In this document: positions 61,124 to 64,000 of the stretch, one piece after another
Layout: each line of letters opens with the position of its first letter
How positions within the stretch are numbered: position 1 is the first letter of the stretch
Source of the DNA: Candidatus Izemoplasmatales bacterium
GTDB taxonomy: Bacteria > Bacillota_I > Bacilli_A > Izemoplasmatales > Hujiaoplasmataceae
Direction of reading: 5' to 3'
Assembly (NCBI GenBank): GCA_050949045.1
Contig: JBMNEZ010000001.1
Coordinates: forward strand, 1,216,001-1,280,000
Length of the DNA: 64,000 nucleotides
Program-made: the position numbers and the translations under genes
The notes under the pieces: model-generated
Databases searched by the model: none
Told to the model about the DNA's origin: nothing
What the model saw: only the letters and a program-made list of their open reading frames with translations

Positions 61124-61318
61124 AAGTAAACAAATACTATGACAAGCGTAACAATTAATTTGTCATACTCCTTTAAAATATTATAGCATAGGTTTAGCTA
61201 ATGAGTCACCTATTTTCAAAGATTTGGCGGTTTTTGATCATGGTAAATACAGGATATCTTCTTCTTGACCAGGGATTTGCTTTTTGTGTTATAATTTTGT
61301 ATGGATTGGATGATAAAG

Positions 61319-61780
61319 ATGGAGACAACAGTGATAATCAGTTCGCTGGAACAGATGGATCTATTAGCCAGAGAAATCGCTATTCACCTTGAAAGGGGCG
61401 ATGTAATCGGCCTTGAAGGCGATCTTGGCAGCGGCAAGACAACATTCGCCAAGTTTCTGGCCAAGCATTTGGGGGTTAGAGACAATGTCAATTCGCCGAC
61501 TTTCACGCTTCTTAAGGTATATCAAGGCAGAATGCCTTTTTATCATATTGATGTCTATCGCCTTGAGGACATTGGCTACGATTATGAACTTGAAGAGTTC
61601 ATCTACAATGAGGGGATCAGCGTTATTGAGTGGTATCCTTTCATCAAAAAAATAATGCCAGAGATGTTTTTGTATCTGAAACTCGAATTTTTAGATGAGA
61701 CAACGCGGAGAGTCACGGTTGGAGGAAATGGTAAATATGCGAAAATCGTGGAAACAATTGGCAATCGACACGGCAACTAA
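61319..61780 (+). CDS. tsaE: t6A biosynthesis ATPase
   Basis: GDLGSGKTT, SPTFTL, HIDVYRL, VIEW; exact start uncertain (61301-61331). Confidence 0.93.
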   Translation: METTVIISSLEQMDLLAREIAIHLERGDVIGLEGDLGSGKTTFAKFLAKHLGVRDNVNSPTFTLLKVYQGRMPFYHIDVYRLEDIGYDYELEEFIYNEGISVIEWYPFIKKIMPEMFLYLKLEFLDETTRRVTVGGNGKYAKIVETIGNRHGN

Positions 61781-62345
61781 ATACGTATACTTGAGCTTAG
61801 TGATCGATTCCAAGGAAGTCGACTGCATTTATGAAGAAGGATTTAACAATCATTCGGTCACGGTTATTCCCCATTTGGCGGAAATGCTGAAACGTGAGAA
61901 AATTGAGTTGACCGATATCGATGAACTGATCGTGGGGGTTGGACCAGGAAGTTATACCGGTGTCAGGATAGCTGTAACTATTGCCAAAATGATCGGTTAT
62001 CTGAACAAGATCACCATAAAGAAAGTTTCCTCCTTGGCGCTGATGGCCTCAAGCGTTTCGTCGGGATTTGTTCTGGCAGGCATCGATGCTCGGAGAGGCA
62101 ACGCCTTCCTTGGCTTATTTGAAGTCACAGACCAAAGTGTGATTCGTAAAAAAACAGACTGTCTCGAAAACCTTGAGGAATATCTGAAAAATCTCGATCT
62201 GAAACCGAAATTAGTTTTTGAAGGACGGCCCAATATTGAAAAGATCATTGTCAGCGATTTACTTGAGACTGTGGCTGATCCGGCAACCTTAGTTCCCAAT
62301 TACCTTCAAGTAACTGAGGCGGAAAGAAACAAATGTCAGAACTAA
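61737..62345 (+). CDS. tsaB: t6A biosynthesis protein TsaB
   Basis: LAIDTAT, HS, GPGSYTGVRI, IDARRG, PNYL...AE. Confidence 0.93.
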   Translation: MRKSWKQLAIDTATKYVYLSLVIDSKEVDCIYEEGFNNHSVTVIPHLAEMLKREKIELTDIDELIVGVGPGSYTGVRIAVTIAKMIGYLNKITIKKVSSLALMASSVSSGFVLAGIDARRGNAFLGLFEVTDQSVIRKKTDCLENLEEYLKNLDLKPKLVFEGRPNIEKIIVSDLLETVADPATLVPNYLQVTEAERNKCQN

Positions 62346-62788
62346 ATGTCATTTTTCGGCCGATGCTTCCAAAAGACGCCGCCGCCGTCGAAAAACTTGA
62401 TCTTGAGATTCTTAAAACCTCAGTTGGCAAGGAAGCTCTAATCAACGAACTCAATCATAATCCATTGGCTCATTACTTTGTTCTCGAAGAACAAACCGGC
62501 CCCGACTTAATTGGGCACATTGGGCTCTGGATTGATGATAAAAACGCACAGATTCTCAACTTTTATGTCAAACCGGATTTTCAAGGAAAAGGCTTCGGTG
62601 AAACGATCATTCAAAACACGATCGCGTACTTGCGTTTTCAGGGATGTGAGAATGTGACACTTGAAGTAAGACCATCAAATGCAAAAGCGCTCGCTCTCTA
62701 TGGAAAACACGGTTTTGAAAGGGTTGCCACAAGGGCAAACTATTATGATAACGGCGAAGACGCCATCCTGATGTTGATGAAACTGTAG
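62333..62788 (+). CDS. rimI: GNAT acetyltransferase RimI
   Basis: FQGKGFG, TLEVRPSN..A..LY, R.NYY.NGEDA. Confidence 0.9.
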   Translation: MSELNVIFRPMLPKDAAAVEKLDLEILKTSVGKEALINELNHNPLAHYFVLEEQTGPDLIGHIGLWIDDKNAQILNFYVKPDFQGKGFGETIIQNTIAYLRFQGCENVTLEVRPSNAKALALYGKHGFERVATRANYYDNGEDAILMLMKL

Positions 62789-62802
62789 AAACGGGGAATA
62801 AC

Positions 62803-63795
62803 ATGATTGTCATGGGTGTCGAGACCAGTTGTGACGAAACCAGCGTCAGTCTTGTCGAAGACGGAAAAAGGGTTTTGGCAAACGAAGTCTTGAGTCAAAT
62901 CGATATCCACAAAGAATACGGTGGCGTTGTTCCGGAGATTGCTTCTAGGGAACATGTCAAAGGGATTGTATTCGTTTTCGACCAAGCGATGAAGAAGGCC
63001 GGTATAAGTTATCGGGATATTGATCTTATTTCGGTGACTTCGGGACCAGGCTTGATCGGGTCGCTCCTGATCGGTATCAACGCCGCCAAAGTCATCAGCC
63101 TCAATTACAAAATTCCCATTATCGGAATCCAGCATATCACCGGGCATATCTATGCCAGTAATATTGAGCATGACATGGAATTTCCGCTGCTTGCGCTTGT
63201 CGTTTCCGGAGGACACACCGAACTCGTGTTGATGAAAGAGCACTTTGAGTTCATCAAGCTCGGCGAAACCCAAGACGATGCAGTTGGTGAGGCCTATGAC
63301 AAAATTGCCAGAATTCTTGGTCTTTCCTATCCCGGAGGACCCGAAATTGACAAACTGGCCGAGCAGGGGAAAGACACCTTCCTATTTCCGCGGCCGATGA
63401 TCGATTCCGGCGATTTAAATTTCAGTTTTTCAGGTTTGAAATCGCATGTTATCAATGCTTATCACAACAAATGCCAAAAAAATGAAGTTATTAATATTGC
63501 TGATTTCTGCCATAGTTTTCAAGAAGCAATCAACGATGTGTTGGTGAAGAAGACAAACGATGCCAGAAAACTTCATCAAGTCAAACAAATTATCGTGACC
63601 GGCGGTGTCGCCGCCAACAAAGGCCTCCGCGACAAGATGAGAAAGACAATCACCGATATTCCAGTTTATTTCCCAAGTTGTAAATACTGCACTGACAACG
63701 CGGCGATGATCGCTGTGGCTGGATATTTCAAATTTATCAAAAACAACAAAACCGATGATTACCTGTTGAACGGGTTTTCACGACTAGAGTATTAG
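62803..63795 (+). CDS. tsaD: t6A synthase TsaD
   Basis: [47 protein letters not shown]. Confidence 0.96.
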   Translation: MIVMGVETSCDETSVSLVEDGKRVLANEVLSQIDIHKEYGGVVPEIASREHVKGIVFVFDQAMKKAGISYRDIDLISVTSGPGLIGSLLIGINAAKVISLNYKIPIIGIQHITGHIYASNIEHDMEFPLLALVVSGGHTELVLMKEHFEFIKLGETQDDAVGEAYDKIARILGLSYPGGPEIDKLAEQGKDTFLFPRPMIDSGDLNFSFSGLKSHVINAYHNKCQKNEVINIADFCHSFQEAINDVLVKKTNDARKLHQVKQIIVTGGVAANKGLRDKMRKTITDIPVYFPSCKYCTDNAAMIAVAGYFKFIKNNKTDDYLLNGFSRLEY

Positions 63796-63809
63796 TAGGA
63801 GAGATCGAT

Positions 63810-64000
63810 ATGGAAAATGAGTCAAATTTCATCAAAACAATCATTGAGGAAGATCTCAAAAGCGGTTATGTGAAAAATGTCGTCACAAGGTTTCCTCCGG
63901 AGCCAAACGCTTATCTTCATATCGGGCATGCCCGGGCGATCATCACCAACTTTGAACTTGCCAGAATATTCAACGGCACAACTAACCTGCGATTTGATGA
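63810..64000 (+). CDS. glnS: Glutamine--tRNA ligase, 5' part (runs off window)
   Basis: [16 protein letters not shown]...[16 protein letters not shown]...NLRFDD. Confidence 0.9.
   Translation, partial: MENESNFIKTIIEEDLKSGYVKNVVTRFPPEPNAYLHIGHARAIITNFELARIFNGTTNLRFD

Noticed and set aside
1..64000. Mycoplasma-type code (TGA = Trp); rRNA, tRNA, IS or prophage
   Set aside because: Many conserved genes end correctly at TGA and use TGG for Trp; no structural RNA genes, transposases or integrases recognised

Overview
Core chromosomal window spanning the replication origin of a low-GC Bacilli-lineage bacterium using the standard code (TGA = stop). Loss of glmU from the ispE-spoVG-prs block and of cdaR-glmM after cdaA, with asnS and glnS both present, suggests a wall-less or wall-reduced organism of the Izemoplasmatales/Acholeplasmatales type (inference). 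Contents: NfeD-RDD-SPFH operon; T-box-controlled asnS; ispE-spoVG-prs; Y-family polymerase with YolD; folD-purB-PNP-pspC; a complete shikimate operon (tyrA-aroA-aroB-aroC-aroE/K-aroQ-aroF); purA; dnaN-dnaA-oriC-rpmH-rnpA-yidC-jag in a rearranged order; pth, mfd, recF, gyrBA, serS, rsmA, glyA, dusB, hflX; a YfhO/GtrB/GtrA glycosylation cassette; cdaA; ispDF; pgi; tsaE-tsaB-rimI-tsaD; start of glnS. No mobile elements, CRISPR, rRNA or tRNA genes were seen. Best novelty candidates: (1) an apparent four-gene operon pairing two seemingly catalytically degenerate membrane proteins (CrtI-like/SCP2/TM fusion and TM-PAS-GGDEF) with ispD-ispF; (2) a lipoprotein YidC with an N-terminal DUF3862/BLIP-like domain; (3) TTTTCCACA-type DnaA boxes with an altered DnaA signature helix; (4) an unannotated oxidoreductase pseudogene where the dnaN-recF linkage is broken. 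All family assignments come from motif recognition by eye, not database searches.
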